Assembly (NCBI GenBank): GCA_964649715.1
Contig: CAZYTH010000005.1
Location: 1,765 to 65,764 of the forward strand
Direction of reading: 5' to 3'
Length of the DNA: 64,000 bases
Source of the DNA: an uncultured Candidatus Saccharibacteria bacterium
Lineage (GTDB): Bacteria; Patescibacteriota; Minisyncoccia; Phycocordibacterales; UBA12445
Shown here: positions 44,850-53,294 of the stretch, in pieces
Layout of the letters: each line of letters begins with the position of its first letter
Numbering within the stretch: the stretch's first letter is position 1
The notes under the pieces: model-generated
What the model saw: the letters and a program-made list of their open reading frames with translations, nothing else
Told to the model about the DNA's origin: nothing
Database searches by the model: none
Translations under genes and position numbers: made by a program

Positions 44850-45305
44850 TTAAAAAGCACCAGTACTCCCTCCACCTGCAGGTGCTCCTGGTGTTGGTTG
44901 TGGATTTGATGTTCCTGGTGTTGTGGCTGTTTCACAATTAGCATCTGACGCACTTAAATCCATCTTAACCAAATTAGGATTTACTGTATTTAAGATAAGA
45001 TAGCCTGTAAGAGCTATAACAAGCCCTATTATTGCGTTGGTGATTCTTTCTTTTGCCTTGCCTTTATTACTATCACTTGCCCACGATGTAGTGTACTCAA
45101 CTCCTCCTATGACTATCATTAGTATTGCAGACAAAACAGCAAAGCCAAGAGCATACCAATAGATAGCTTGTATGTATTTACCTGGGTTTGTGACTGTCTC
45201 CCCTGTAAACCCTTTTATCGGTTCCAGAAGCTTATATGATGATTGAGCAAGAGAAAAAGATGTCGGTATTGTCATTAGGATTGAAAATAAAAAAAGTTTT
45301 GTCAT
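44850..45305 (-). CDS. Pilin-like protein (VirB2/TrbC-like)
   Basis: Signal peptide; A.LMIV.GG..Y.......AK.RI.NAI.GL.I....YLIL.TVNP.L. Confidence 0.75.
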   Translation of the reverse strand: MTKLFLFSILMTIPTSFSLAQSSYKLLEPIKGFTGETVTNPGKYIQAIYWYALGFAVLSAILMIVIGGVEYTTSWASDSNKGKAKERITNAIIGLVIALTGYLILNTVNPNLVKMDLSASDANCETATTPGTSNPQPTPGAPAGGGSTGAF

Positions 45306-45315
45306 TTTTTTGACA

Positions 45316-46320
45316 TTAAAATTTAAATAAATTCGGTGACGATTTTACCATAAGGGAATTGTTCGTCGACTGGAACAACCTTTTTATGTTTTTTATTGAA
45401 ACGTTTATTAAGGATGTTGTTTCCTCTGAAGACTCGCTTCTTAGTGTTATTATTTTTGGTGTTCCTTCGTTTGGGGTTATGCCTTTTTCATTCATTGTCC
45501 AAGTGAACTCAAGATTTTTGTCGGTCGGTGTGTCGGGGTAAGAGAAGAAATAAGGTTCAGCTCTTATGTTAATCTCTCTTTCAGATAAATTTGTTTGTAG
45601 GTTTAAGGCATTTAGATAGTTTGTCCCATCGGCTGGCTTGTCTTCGTAAAAAATTATTAAAGGTTCTTCTGGCTTTATTTTTATTTCTTTTTCCGCCACA
45701 ATATCTCCTTTGGAATTTGTTGCAATAACAGAGACTTTGGTATCACCAAAAGGACTTCCCATTGTAATCTTTTCGCTAGTTTTTCCATATCCCTTGCTTA
45801 TTCTTGATGAGTTTGCAAACCATTCATAGGTAAGATCATCAGGTGAAATCCTTGTGCCTTTTTCCGATAGGAAAAAAGGGACAGCAACAACTTTTACAGT
45901 GCTTTTTGGGGATGCGCCAGCCTTTCCCTTGTAAAGTGGTGGAACATAGGTATCTGCTTCCCACACAATATCAACATCAGCAGGATTTACAGACATTGTT
46001 TTTTCGATTTCTTTTCCATCTCCTTTAAAAACCCCACGGACGACAGTGTTTGAGCCGTTTTTTCCCGTTTGAAAAGAAAATTCTTTTCTGCCAACCCCCT
46101 CTTTCTCAAGTGAGCCGTTAATGTACCAATAAATATGAGCGTTATTGAGGTCCATTTCGTAACTTATGGCACTTACTTTTACATTCGTGAAACTTCCCGG
46201 ATTTTTTGGAGTAATGTTAAAGCCCACTTCACCTCCAATACTCCTGTTTACAACTAAGGCGTTTGAAAAGAATGGAACGAGGGCAAATATTATTGATGCT
46301 ATTTTTATATATTTTTTCAT
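45316..46320 (-). CDS. Secreted Ig-like domain protein
   Basis: Signal peptide; WEADTY.PP.YKGK, L.YEW, AEPYFF, FTWTMN beta-rich motifs. Confidence 0.7.
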   Translation of the reverse strand: MKKYIKIASIIFALVPFFSNALVVNRSIGGEVGFNITPKNPGSFTNVKVSAISYEMDLNNAHIYWYINGSLEKEGVGRKEFSFQTGKNGSNTVVRGVFKGDGKEIEKTMSVNPADVDIVWEADTYVPPLYKGKAGASPKSTVKVVAVPFFLSEKGTRISPDDLTYEWFANSSRISKGYGKTSEKITMGSPFGDTKVSVIATNSKGDIVAEKEIKIKPEEPLIIFYEDKPADGTNYLNALNLQTNLSEREINIRAEPYFFSYPDTPTDKNLEFTWTMNEKGITPNEGTPKIITLRSESSEETTSLINVSIKNIKRLFQSTNNSLMVKSSPNLFKF

Positions 46321-46371
46321 ATACCCTCTTAAATTTTAATAATAAAACTTTTAAATTATCTGTTTCAAAGA

Positions 46372-46890
46372 TTAAGCTGTTTCTGTTTGAAGGTTTGTTT
46401 CTGGGATTTCGTTTGTTTGCGTTTGTGGAACTCGTGAAAGTGAATTTTCGTATTGAGGATAACCACTTACGGCCCCAAGTGCCCTGTTTGCCCACATTTT
46501 TTGATTTACGCTTAGATTTGAACCTGCTATTTTTCCGCCTAGTTTACCTGAGATCGCCCCTGTTAAACTACTACCTCTTTCATAATTTAATTTTGCCCGA
46601 TATATCATAAATGTCCATGTGGGGAGAATACTTCCAACTATTGGTATCGTCTCTACAAACCAGCTTATCATCAGTGTGACAAAAAACTTAGCTCCAAGTC
46701 CTTTGTTTGACCAAATAATTGCCCACATAACGAAAGTTAACCCTGCAAATATATTTAAGGTAATTGTAGCCCCCCCAAGAAGAAAGAAATCAACGATCAA
46801 ACAAAGAAAACCGCAAAAATCAAAAAAATAGGATGCCAGGAAAAGAAGAACCCAATCTCCTTTATTCATTTTGCCTTTTGATTCGTTCAT
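46372..46890 (-). CDS. Membrane protein
   Basis: Several TM helices, E.IP.VG..LP.WT motif; start uncertain (46890 or 46965). Confidence 0.7.
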   Translation of the reverse strand: MNESKGKMNKGDWVLLFLASYFFDFCGFLCLIVDFFLLGGATITLNIFAGLTFVMWAIIWSNKGLGAKFFVTLMISWFVETIPIVGSILPTWTFMIYRAKLNYERGSSLTGAISGKLGGKIAGSNLSVNQKMWANRALGAVSGYPQYENSLSRVPQTQTNEIPETNLQTETA

Positions 46891-46980
46891 TATCCCTAAT
46901 TTATTAACTTTTTGGTTCTCATTCCCACCCCCGATTAAGATGACATCCACAAATTTATAAACCAAACTTGATAACTCGTC

Positions 46981-48780
46981 TTACTCACTTGCCTTCAACT
47001 CCGCTTTTGCCTTCTTTATCGCCAGAAGTTGTGATGGATCGGATGTAATGATTTGATCCTCTGTATAAGAAGAAATGACTTTAATCGCCACGTGTTTAAG
47101 ACCAGCAAAGAATATCCCCTCCCCGACATTTGATTCAAGCAAGAGATATTTTTCTTCATCTGTTAGGTTGAAAGTTTTTTTGACTATATCTATTGAAGCT
47201 GGTGATTGTTTGAAAAGTATTTGCATTGAAGAGTTGGTAATAATAGGGACTCCGTATGGAGATTCAAGAAAATCTTTCACGTCCTGGGTTATTGTGGTAA
47301 GACCAAGGAAATATTTTCTTCCTCTTTTTGCAAGACTGAAAAGGAAAGATGCTGTGTCGGGGGATTTCATCATCCACCACGCCTCATCTATAATAAGCAT
47401 TCTTTTTCTAAGTTCTCTTCTTACTGATCCCCAGATATTATTCATGACAATATGCATTGCTACCGGTTTTAGTTCATCTTCCATATCCCTAACTGAAAAA
47501 ACGACAAATTTTTTGTTTATATCAACGTTTGTTGGTCTGTTTAAAAATCCTGCCCATGTTCCTTGTGTGAATTTTAGAAGTCTTTGTGCAAGAGAAGCTC
47601 CTCCTTCCATTCCAGCCAATACCAGCTCTAAGTCGGAAAGAAGCGGAGGTGTGGTGCCTGAAAAATCACTGTCGGCTGTTATGTCTTTGAGCGCGTATGT
47701 TTCCCTTATCGCATTATCCATTATCGCATCTTCTTCGGGCGTCATACCAGAAAGCATTATTCGAAAGAGACCGACAAGGTTTATGATATGGGAACGTAGT
47801 ACATCGGAAGATGATTCGTCTTCTCTCACAAATGGCAGGTCAAAAGGATTTATGTGGTGTTCTGATGTTAAAGAAATATTGAAATATCTTCCACCCACCG
47901 CTTCTGCCAGGAATTCATACTCCCTCTCAGGGTCAATAACAATAACATCAACATCAAACATAAGCGATCTAAGTATTTCAAGTTTTGTGAAATAAGATTT
48001 TCCTGATCCTGACTTTGCAAAAATTACGGAATTGTAGTTTTCCAGAGAGAATCTATCAAAAAGTATTAAACCTGAATTGTGTCTGTTTATTCCATAAAGG
48101 ATTCCTTTGTTTGATGTGAGGTCAAAAGAAATAAATGGAAAAACGCTAGATAATGGAGAGGAGTTTAGTTTCGTGTTTACTTGAAGCCTGTCTGACGCTA
48201 TCGGAATTACACTATTGAATCCTTCTTCTTGCTGAAAAAGAGCGGGTTTTATATAAACAAGACGAGATTCCATCATTGTTTTCACTTCTGCTTCTACTTT
48301 ATTCAATTCCTCTTCGTTACTTGCGTATAGCGTTATATAAAGCCCGACATCAAATATTTTTTCTCTTGCTTGTTGGAGTAGGTCTCGGAGAGTTTCAATA
48401 TCTTGAAAAGCTGTATCTAAGATAGGGTCTCTTACCATACCCTTTGCCTCGTTTGCGTGTATTTGGCTCTGTACTTCAGCCAGTTTTTTCTGGAGTTGTC
48501 TCAAAACAAGAGAGGTATCTATCGGATGAATGATTACAGAAACATCAAATATTTTGTCTAAATTTATTATCGGAGAGAACCAATTTTCGGAAAGAAAACG
48601 AGGATAAGAAATAACATAAAATGTTCTAGCCACTTTCTCCCCTATTTTTATGTTGTTTGATCCAACCTCAAGAGCAGATGGAGAGATGACATCCCTTAAC
48701 TCTAAAACTCCGCTTGAATAAATATCTTGTGGTAAGATGGCTTCTATTTTATTATCTTTATTTTTTCCAAAAAAATCCAT
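46981..48780 (-). CDS. virB4: VirB4-like type IV secretion ATPase
   Basis: LYGIN, FDRF...N.N, AKSGSGKS Walker A, IDPEREY, INPFD, IDEAW, RGRKY, TQD. Confidence 0.9.
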   Translation of the reverse strand: MDFFGKNKDNKIEAILPQDIYSSGVLELRDVISPSALEVGSNNIKIGEKVARTFYVISYPRFLSENWFSPIINLDKIFDVSVIIHPIDTSLVLRQLQKKLAEVQSQIHANEAKGMVRDPILDTAFQDIETLRDLLQQAREKIFDVGLYITLYASNEEELNKVEAEVKTMMESRLVYIKPALFQQEEGFNSVIPIASDRLQVNTKLNSSPLSSVFPFISFDLTSNKGILYGINRHNSGLILFDRFSLENYNSVIFAKSGSGKSYFTKLEILRSLMFDVDVIVIDPEREYEFLAEAVGGRYFNISLTSEHHINPFDLPFVREDESSSDVLRSHIINLVGLFRIMLSGMTPEEDAIMDNAIRETYALKDITADSDFSGTTPPLLSDLELVLAGMEGGASLAQRLLKFTQGTWAGFLNRPTNVDINKKFVVFSVRDMEDELKPVAMHIVMNNIWGSVRRELRKRMLIIDEAWWMMKSPDTASFLFSLAKRGRKYFLGLTTITQDVKDFLESPYGVPIITNSSMQILFKQSPASIDIVKKTFNLTDEEKYLLLESNVGEGIFFAGLKHVAIKVISSYTEDQIITSDPSQLLAIKKAKAELKASE

Positions 48781-48819
48781 GTTTCAAAATTAAAATTTAA
48801 AAATCAAAAGGTTATAAAA

Positions 48820-49467
48820 TTATACCTTGGGAACACCGCCTTGTTCATCGGGATTGAATATTTTGTAAAATAGTTCTATCAACTCCTCTGTTCCTAAAGG
48901 GACCGATCTTACACCGCTTCTACTTAATCCTTGTGTAACAACGCTAACTCTTTGCTCTATCTGTGTCCTGTTTTCTTCGAAAGTAAGTAATTCTTGCCTT
49001 TTTTCTTCTCTTGAATCTTTTCCTCCACCAAAGATGCTGAAGATTTTAGAAGAAGCTCCGCTTGCAGATTGCATCACAGGTGGTGAATATGGAACGACAA
49101 CATAGAAAGATTTTTCCATTATGTTTACTCCTTCTGTAAAACCCCTGATGAAATTTATATATTCTCTTAATTGTATTTTGAGAAGCTCGCTTGGTTGAGA
49201 GCTCATTTTTTCTGACATTGAAGATAGATATGGTCTTATGTCCAATCTTCTTGATTGGATTAGTATTTGAACGGTAAAATCAAGTGAGTTAAGGAAGTTT
49301 TGGTATTGCATTATTATCGCTTGTTGTTCGTCGGATGATTTGAGAGCGAAGTTCAGTGAAGAGCACATAAATATCATAAGCATAGTTCCATCTTTCAGGA
49401 CGACTATCCCATCTCTTATTTCTTTTATTGGAACGAAATCTTGTGTGCTTTTATTATTATCGGCCAT
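48820..49467 (-). CDS. T4SS-associated protein (VirB4 N-terminal/TraE-like partner)
   Basis: STQ.FVPI.EIRDG, NF.LKS.DEQ, FLNSLDF.VQI; between PrgI and VirB4. Confidence 0.75.
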   Translation of the reverse strand: MADNNKSTQDFVPIKEIRDGIVVLKDGTMLMIFMCSSLNFALKSSDEQQAIIMQYQNFLNSLDFTVQILIQSRRLDIRPYLSSMSEKMSSQPSELLKIQLREYINFIRGFTEGVNIMEKSFYVVVPYSPPVMQSASGASSKIFSIFGGGKDSREEKRQELLTFEENRTQIEQRVSVVTQGLSRSGVRSVPLGTEELIELFYKIFNPDEQGGVPKV

Positions 49468-49472
49468 ATATT

Positions 49473-49556
49473 CAATTACGAATTTTTAATTACTAATTAC
49501 GAATTAAACTTTTTCTTTTCTTTATTTTATCATCAATCATTATTAATTCGTAATTA
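49473..49556. repeat. AATTACG heptamer repeats in inverted arrangement
   Basis: CAATTAC GAATTTT TAATTAC TAATTAC GAATTAA ... TAATTCG TAATTA. Confidence 0.6.
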
Positions 49557-49982
49557 TTTTATTTTCTCCTGTATATCTAAACTCCATGCGATGTCTTTAA
49601 GTTTGCCTGATGTAAGTTTTGGCGTTGCGGTCTTTGGTGATGACGCTTTCCCTATAAGTTGATCAAGGTCGTCAGCTTCTTTTTTTATAACCGTTGCTTC
49701 TTTTTTCCAGAGGTATCTCTTTCCCGAAAGGGTGAAGCTAAACCACGCTTGGACTATGTCTATAAACGGTCTATCGTTCACTTTATAGTAAGCCAGAGCA
49801 ACAGCAAATGCGATAAAAGGAAGAACGATTATATATGATATAGATCCAATATACGGTTCAAGTATTCTGTACAGCCCATAACCACCACCAAAACCACCCA
49901 AAAGATAAAGGAATTGTTTGAAGGTGAAAGGTCCTACGACCTTATCCTCTACTTCTATGAATTGTGGGACTTGGAACTGCAT
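49554..49982 (-). CDS. PrgI-family (VirB3-like) protein
   Basis: MQFQVPQFIEVEDKVVGPFTFKQF, two TM helices, KVNDRPF, YLWKK. Confidence 0.9.
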   Translation of the reverse strand: MQFQVPQFIEVEDKVVGPFTFKQFLYLLGGFGGGYGLYRILEPYIGSISYIIVLPFIAFAVALAYYKVNDRPFIDIVQAWFSFTLSGKRYLWKKEATVIKKEADDLDQLIGKASSPKTATPKLTSGKLKDIAWSLDIQEKIK

Positions 49983-49989
49983 ATATAAT

Positions 49990-50024
49990 CAATTATGAAT
50001 TAATAATTACGAATTACGAATTTT
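49990..50024. repeat. AATTACG heptamer tandem repeat
   Basis: CAATTAT GAATTAA TAATTAC GAATTAC GAATTTT just upstream of prgI. Confidence 0.65.
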
Positions 50025-50084
50025 CTTGTACCATTGCTTTATATTTCCTGCCTGCCGGCAGTTCGTTTTTTTTGTTCTACGCTT

Positions 50085-50762
50085 TTACATCATTTCCCTA
50101 TAGGGATCTGGTGCAATTCCTCCTCCTCCCACCCTTACATCTGTCTCTGTTTTTGGTATTTCTGTCGGTTCGTTTATCTTCTTCTCTAAAATATCCATTC
50201 CGCTAGTTGCTTGAAATCCGAGAATGCTCGTGTCTTGTTTTTTTGTTTCGGTTATTTTGCCTTCTAAGATATCCATCGTTTTTCTGGGCACATTTAAACT
50301 CTCTCTTTCTACTTTTTTCATAATGTTTGATTGTGTCTCTGTCTTCTCTCCTACTGTAAAAACTTTTTGTCCTGCGTGTATGGCTCGCAAAGATTCCTTA
50401 ACTTTGGCGAATATTTTTTCGTTTATTTCCATAACGATATTGCTTGCTTTATTTTTGTCTATACCGAGTCTGGCTACTATACTGCCAACAAATTCCATTG
50501 GGTCGGATACTCCGAGAAGGACAAGTCCTGTCTCCTGCCCTAAAATTGCTGTTTGGTCGACGTGGAGATTGTATTTCTTGCTTGTTTCAAATATCGCTTC
50601 GGCTGAATCAACAGAAGCTATGGCGTCTTTCAGATCTTCGGGCAAGTTATCAAAAATATCGTTCAGCTTATTCCTGTCGTGATTTAAAACAGGCCCACCT
50701 TTATTTAAGGCGATAGTCGGTCCTGATTTGTAAATATTTAATTCATCGTTTTTGAGAATCAT
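50085..50762 (-). CDS. Conserved hypothetical protein
   Basis: LP.DL.DAI.S, L.VDQ, ..LV.LG, IN.KIF..V.ESL, C-terminal DPYRE. Confidence 0.75.
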   Translation of the reverse strand: MILKNDELNIYKSGPTIALNKGGPVLNHDRNKLNDIFDNLPEDLKDAIASVDSAEAIFETSKKYNLHVDQTAILGQETGLVLLGVSDPMEFVGSIVARLGIDKNKASNIVMEINEKIFAKVKESLRAIHAGQKVFTVGEKTETQSNIMKKVERESLNVPRKTMDILEGKITETKKQDTSILGFQATSGMDILEKKINEPTEIPKTETDVRVGGGGIAPDPYREMM

Positions 50763-53291
50763 TTATGGATTGTTTATTATTGATTCTAATTCTGCCACCT
50801 TTGTTCTTAATTCATCCCTTTTTGAAATAAGAGATGGATCTGATCCGCCAGCGACAATAAGATCAGATTCGGCTTTGGTAAGCTGTCTTTTTGTGTCTGG
50901 AAGATTTTTTCTCGCCTCTATTTTATCTGCCATCTTTTTCCTACCTACTTCTTTAAGTTTTTTCAAATCATCCTTGTCAAATGCTTCTGCAGCCTCATCT
51001 GTATCTAGTATCGAGTCCTCTAATTCGGCAGCATTCTTAGCACTCATGGATTTTAGGGCTTTAATTTTCTTATCTTTCGTGTCATAAGAATTCCAATTTC
51101 CTTGAACAACATCCAACTCTACGTGTTTTCTCCCTCTGTAGTTTCTTTCGTTTGAATGAACTGTATTCTTAAGTGCAATTAACTGATCTGGTTTAAGATT
51201 GCCTTTTTCTTCTAAAGCCTTGATTTGGGCCTCGTCAAGCCACTGTGCTATTTTCCCGTTGTTTTCCATCAGTTTCTTTATACCAAGATCAAGTATTTTG
51301 TCACCCCTGAACAGTGAAAGACCTTCTCTGATTTCTTTTTCTATTCCCTTTTTTGCATTATCCAAATTTCCGTTATGCTTTTCGTCAGCATATTCTTTAA
51401 ATTCTTTTCTTGCTTTTTCCTCGGCTTTGACTAATCCCAGATTATTATCTCTTGCATAATTATCTTTTTGTTCTTGCGTCATATTATCCCAGTCGACCAA
51501 ACTAGAAACTCTTTGCATTTCTTTTTTCTTTTGTTCTATTTCCTGTTTCGCTTTATACGCTTTTTCGGCTTTTTCTCCTGCTTCTCTTTCACCTTTTGTT
51601 TCCATAATTTCAAAACCTGTTCCGGTTTTTACTAGTTCGGAAATTGTTGAACCAGGAGAAGTGACTTTTTCTTTGATTGATTCTCCAAGCATTCCAGCTT
51701 TCGTGCTTATTTTTTCAGCAACGGGTTTGCCTATATTTTTACTCCAATCATTTTGGATATTTGCCCAAGCACCTGATGTGACTCTGCCTTCTTTATCTTT
51801 TACCTCTTCATCTCTATCTCTTATGCCCCTATAAACACTTCTTGCCGAACCTGCACCCACCATAGCCGCACCAGTTGCAAGACCAATAGTCGCGCCTGTG
51901 GCCCATTTGCCGAATTTTTCAGCACCTGACGCGCCAGTGGCTCCCATCTTTTTTGCCATTATGATTGAGGAGAATAGGAAGCCCAAGATTATTATGTGGG
52001 AAAAAATAGTATCAACAGAACCACCCAAGATAGGTATTTTCCAACCTTTATTTATTGATGATATTAAATCACCACAGACAATAAGTTTCATTGTTATGTA
52101 TATTCCAAGCATAAAGGCTGGAGCGAAAAACGCCTGATTGATGAGATTTTCCCAATAACCGCTACTTATTTTTCCTGAAATAGACTTGGGGGCGACCATT
52201 GCTATCCACGGAAGCGGAGACAGTATAAGTGCAATAATTAGACTTATAATTCTCACAATAAAAAGTGCAGAGGCAAAAAACAACACAAAAAGGAAAACAA
52301 TCATAAAGACGGTGGTCATTAGTGCATTTATAGAGATGGCTCCAACAGAGGGAACATCTTTTAACTCAGAGTCTCCTTTTTCCGCAGCAGCCTGACCTGA
52401 TGCAAGTTGTTGTTTTAAGCTTAGTCTCTCTATAAATACGCTAGTAAGATTGCCATTTGGTCCACCTCGTGCTTTGTCGTAGAAATACACAGCAAAAACG
52501 TTTGAAACATCTATTATGATGCCTGTTATTGCCATGCTAAAATTTATCATAACAACAGCGAATATTAGTGTGCTGATCATTTTTTTCCAATTTACACTGT
52601 CAAGACTTAAAATTGTTCCAATCGCAATATACATCATAATCATGAGGGCAAACATATTTACGAGGTCCCTCAACACTTTCCATGCAGATATAACCACATC
52701 CTTTTGTGCAAAACTAGCCATTTCGTTTATTGAGACCTCGACCACAAAGGTGAAAATTTCTGATACAACCCACGTTACCCCAGAAAGTATGTAGAGGAAA
52801 AAGCCCAAGATTCTGGCAAAAGCTTCTCGAAGACAAGCCATTGAAAACGACCCTTCTCCAAACCAGCCTGGTTCGCAGGTGTCTGGCAATTTACCCCCAG
52901 AAGAGACTATTGCCTTTTTTGCTTTCAGTAATTCATCTATTTCAGCTATTCTTTCGTCAATACCTCCACGAGCTCTAACTTTTAAATCCAAGTCAACTCT
53001 TTCTTCTTTTAATTTATCAATCTCTTTTTGAATAGTAGCCTTCTGTAATTTCTCTGTAATTTCTTGTTGCTTCTTTTTTATTTCATCCTTTTCTTTTATT
53101 AATTCATCTCTCTTTTTTTCATTGGATGTTATCTGACTCTTTGCTGTTACAACCTCTTCTCCAGCACTTGTATCTATATAAACATCTGCGCTTACAAAAT
53201 TTGAGCTTAAAGAGAGCAAAAGCAATAAAAACAAAACAGCAAAAGACGTTGATGCTATTTTCTTTATTTTATTGTTTCCGAAAAAGTTCAT
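50763..53291 (-). CDS. Polytopic membrane protein, VirB6/TrbL-like, with coiled-coil termini
   Basis: W...RD..N, INFS..I..IID.SN, R...L....ILSP, W..L...AF.AP core; long charged C-terminus. Confidence 0.75.
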   Translation of the reverse strand: MNFFGNNKIKKIASTSFAVLFLLLLLSLSSNFVSADVYIDTSAGEEVVTAKSQITSNEKKRDELIKEKDEIKKKQQEITEKLQKATIQKEIDKLKEERVDLDLKVRARGGIDERIAEIDELLKAKKAIVSSGGKLPDTCEPGWFGEGSFSMACLREAFARILGFFLYILSGVTWVVSEIFTFVVEVSINEMASFAQKDVVISAWKVLRDLVNMFALMIMMYIAIGTILSLDSVNWKKMISTLIFAVVMINFSMAITGIIIDVSNVFAVYFYDKARGGPNGNLTSVFIERLSLKQQLASGQAAAEKGDSELKDVPSVGAISINALMTTVFMIVFLFVLFFASALFIVRIISLIIALILSPLPWIAMVAPKSISGKISSGYWENLINQAFFAPAFMLGIYITMKLIVCGDLISSINKGWKIPILGGSVDTIFSHIIILGFLFSSIIMAKKMGATGASGAEKFGKWATGATIGLATGAAMVGAGSARSVYRGIRDRDEEVKDKEGRVTSGAWANIQNDWSKNIGKPVAEKISTKAGMLGESIKEKVTSPGSTISELVKTGTGFEIMETKGEREAGEKAEKAYKAKQEIEQKKKEMQRVSSLVDWDNMTQEQKDNYARDNNLGLVKAEEKARKEFKEYADEKHNGNLDNAKKGIEKEIREGLSLFRGDKILDLGIKKLMENNGKIAQWLDEAQIKALEEKGNLKPDQLIALKNTVHSNERNYRGRKHVELDVVQGNWNSYDTKDKKIKALKSMSAKNAAELEDSILDTDEAAEAFDKDDLKKLKEVGRKKMADKIEARKNLPDTKRQLTKAESDLIVAGGSDPSLISKRDELRTKVAELESIINNP

Positions 53292-53294
53292 TTT

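Noticed and set aside
46770-46776. C7 tract in a membrane-protein gene as a phase-variation site
   Set aside because: Short, in frame and explained by Gly-Gly codons
47075-47995. 306-aa plus-strand ORF
   Set aside because: Entirely antisense to virB4, with no recognisable motifs
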